From Phyllobates terribilis (Eukaryota), in contig NW_027362765.1 in assembly GCF_046119375.1 (NCBI RefSeq), forward strand, positions 568,974,001-569,038,000: a stretch of 64,000 nucleotides of DNA, written 5' to 3'. The position numbers and the translations under genes were made by a program. How positions within the stretch are numbered: position 1 is the stretch's first letter; every line of letters begins with the position of its first letter. The notes beneath the pieces were generated by a model. The model was not told where the DNA came from and ran no database searches. It was given only the letters and a program-made list of their open reading frames with translations. Below are positions 62,091 to 64,000 of the stretch, one piece after another.

Positions 62091-63604
62091 CAGGTGCTTC
62101 TCACAAAATTAGAATATCATCAAAAGTTTATTTATTTCAGTTCTTCACTGCAAAAAGTGAAACTCATATATTATATAGAGTCATTACAAACAGAGTGATC
62201 TATTTCAAGTGTTTATTTCTGTTAATGTTGATGATTATGAATTACAGTCAATGAAAAAACAAAAGTCATTATCTCAGTAAATTAGAATAATTAACAAAAA
62301 ACACCTGCAAAGGCTTCCAAATCGTTTAAAATGGTCCCTTAGTCTGTTTCAGTAGGCTCCACAATCATGGGGAAGACTGCTGACAGATGTCCAGAAGGCT
62401 GTCATTGATACACTCCACAAGGAGGGTAAGCCACAAAAGGTCATTGCTAAAGAAGCTGACTGAGTTCACAGAGTGTTGTATATAAGCATATTAATGGAAA
62501 GTTGAGTGGAAGGAAAAAGTGTGGTAGAAAAAGGTGCACAAGCAATCGAGATAACCGCAGCTTTGAAAGGATTGTTAAGAAAAGGCCATTCAAAAATTTG
62601 GGGGAGATTCACAAGGAGTGAACTGCTGCTGGAGTCATTGCTTCAAGAGCCACCACACACAGAAGTATCCAGGACATGAGCTAAAAGTGTCGCATTCCTT
62701 GTATCAAGCCACTAATGACCAATAGACAAAGCCAGAAGCGTCTTACCTGTGCCAAGGAGAAAAGGACCTGGACTGTTGCTCAGTGGTCCAAGGTGTTGTT
62801 TACAGATGAAAGTAAATTTTGGATTTCATTTGGAAGTCAAGGTCCCAGAGTCTGGAGGAAGAGTGGAGAGGCACACAATCCAAGCTGCTTGAGGTCTAGT
62901 GTGACGTTTCCACAATCAGTGATGGTTTGGGGAGCCATGTCATCTGCTGGTGTAGGTCCACTGTGTTTTATCAAGACCAAAGTCAGTGCAGCCATCTACC
63001 AGGAAATTTTAGCGCACTTCATGCTTCCCTCTGCCGACAAGCGTTTTGGAGATGGAAATTTCATTCTCCAGCAGGACTTGGCACCTATCCACACTGCCAA
63101 AAGTACCAATGTCTGGTTTAAATACAACAGTATCACTGTGCTTGATTGGCCAGCAAACTAACATGACCTTATCATGTATTGTCAAGAGGAAAATAAGAGA
63201 CACCAGTCTCAACAATGCAGACGAGCTGAAGGCTGCTATCAAAGCAACCTGGGCTTCCATAACACCTCAGCAGTGTCACAGGCTGATCATCTCCATTCCA
63301 CGCCGCATTGATGCAGTAATTGATGCAAAAGGAGCCCCGACCAAGTATTGAGTGCATTTACTGAACATACATTTCAGTAGGCCAACATTTCGGATTTTAA
63401 AAATATTTTTCAAGCTGTTGTTATAAAGTATTCTAATTTACTGAGATAATGACTTTTGTGTTTTCATTGACTGTAAGCCATAATCATCAACATTAACAGA
63501 AATAAACACTTGAAATAGATCACTCTGTAATGACTCTATATAATACATGAGTTTCACTTTTTGTATTGAAGAACTGAAATAAATTAACTTTTTGATGATA
63601 TTCG
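62091..63604 (+). mobile_element. Tc1 (DD34E) element with long TIRs; disabled transposase ~62367-63351
   Basis: TA|CAGGTGCTTCTCACAAAATTAGAATATCATC; inverted copy at ~63440-63604 lacks its outer end; MGKTAD start, FTDES, QQDLAP.H; stops and frameshifts. Confidence 0.9.
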
Positions 63605-64000
63605 GTATGACACAGGTGCCTTACCATTAAACTATATGTTCATTATTTGATTATTTAGCAGACAATAAGTTAGTTGTCAGAGTAAGTTGTCAAACTCACA
63701 TATCAAACTCGCATATCAAACTCACATATCTTTGATATCTGACTTTGATAAGTAACTTTGATAAGTGACTTTTAAGCATAATTTACCAAAAAAAAATTTC
63801 TTCTGCTTTGAATCTGAAACCTTACCATTCAGCCATAGGATCAAGTAATAGTGACTAGCCGCTTTTCTTGTCTTATGAGATCAACCACAAAAATACTCAG
63901 GGTGACTAAAATTCATTGTGATTCTGATTCTGATGTTTGAAGAAAGTCACATATCAGACTCACATATCAAAAACACACTTAATTTCAAATTGACTTGGAG
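63605..64000. repeat. Dispersed repeat with 13-bp units (inverted homologue of ~4864-5075)
   Basis: CAAACTCACATAT and TGACTTTGATAAG units; reverse complement aligns to CTCCAAG...CACCCTGAGTATTT...GCAGAAGAA. Confidence 0.65.

Overview
Repeat-dense eukaryotic DNA, most likely from an anuran amphibian (inferred from CR1, Ngaro, V-SINE, T2/Kolobok-MITE, Tc1 and hAT families typical of frogs). No prokaryotic genes or CRISPR. Most of the ORF track is noise from tandem arrays and antisense frames. Main contents: (1) a pol-less LTR retroelement (1-4099; tRNA-Ser PBS, PPT) whose interior encodes a stop-interrupted cold-shock domain; (2) two inverted copies of a composite hAT transposon (13776-27000, TSD CTCGTTGG; 50155-60085, TSD GTTATGAT), each carrying a BED-finger transposase, a 110-bp VNTR, a Tc1, an L1 fragment, a solo LTR and an 18S rRNA fragment, with the first copy nested in an older copy of its own family; (3) Ngaro/DIRS fragments, a near full-length CR1, a Penelope-type hammerhead ribozyme, Tc1/mariner elements, MITEs, and 31-bp and 44-bp arrays; (4) one probable host gene missed by the ORF track: three coding exons (38249-39927) giving a 64-aa Cys/Pro/Gln/Lys-rich, SPRR/cornifin-like protein, behind a TATA/octamer/ETS promoter module that occurs three times in the window. 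Boundaries without a TSD or TIR are approximate, read by eye.
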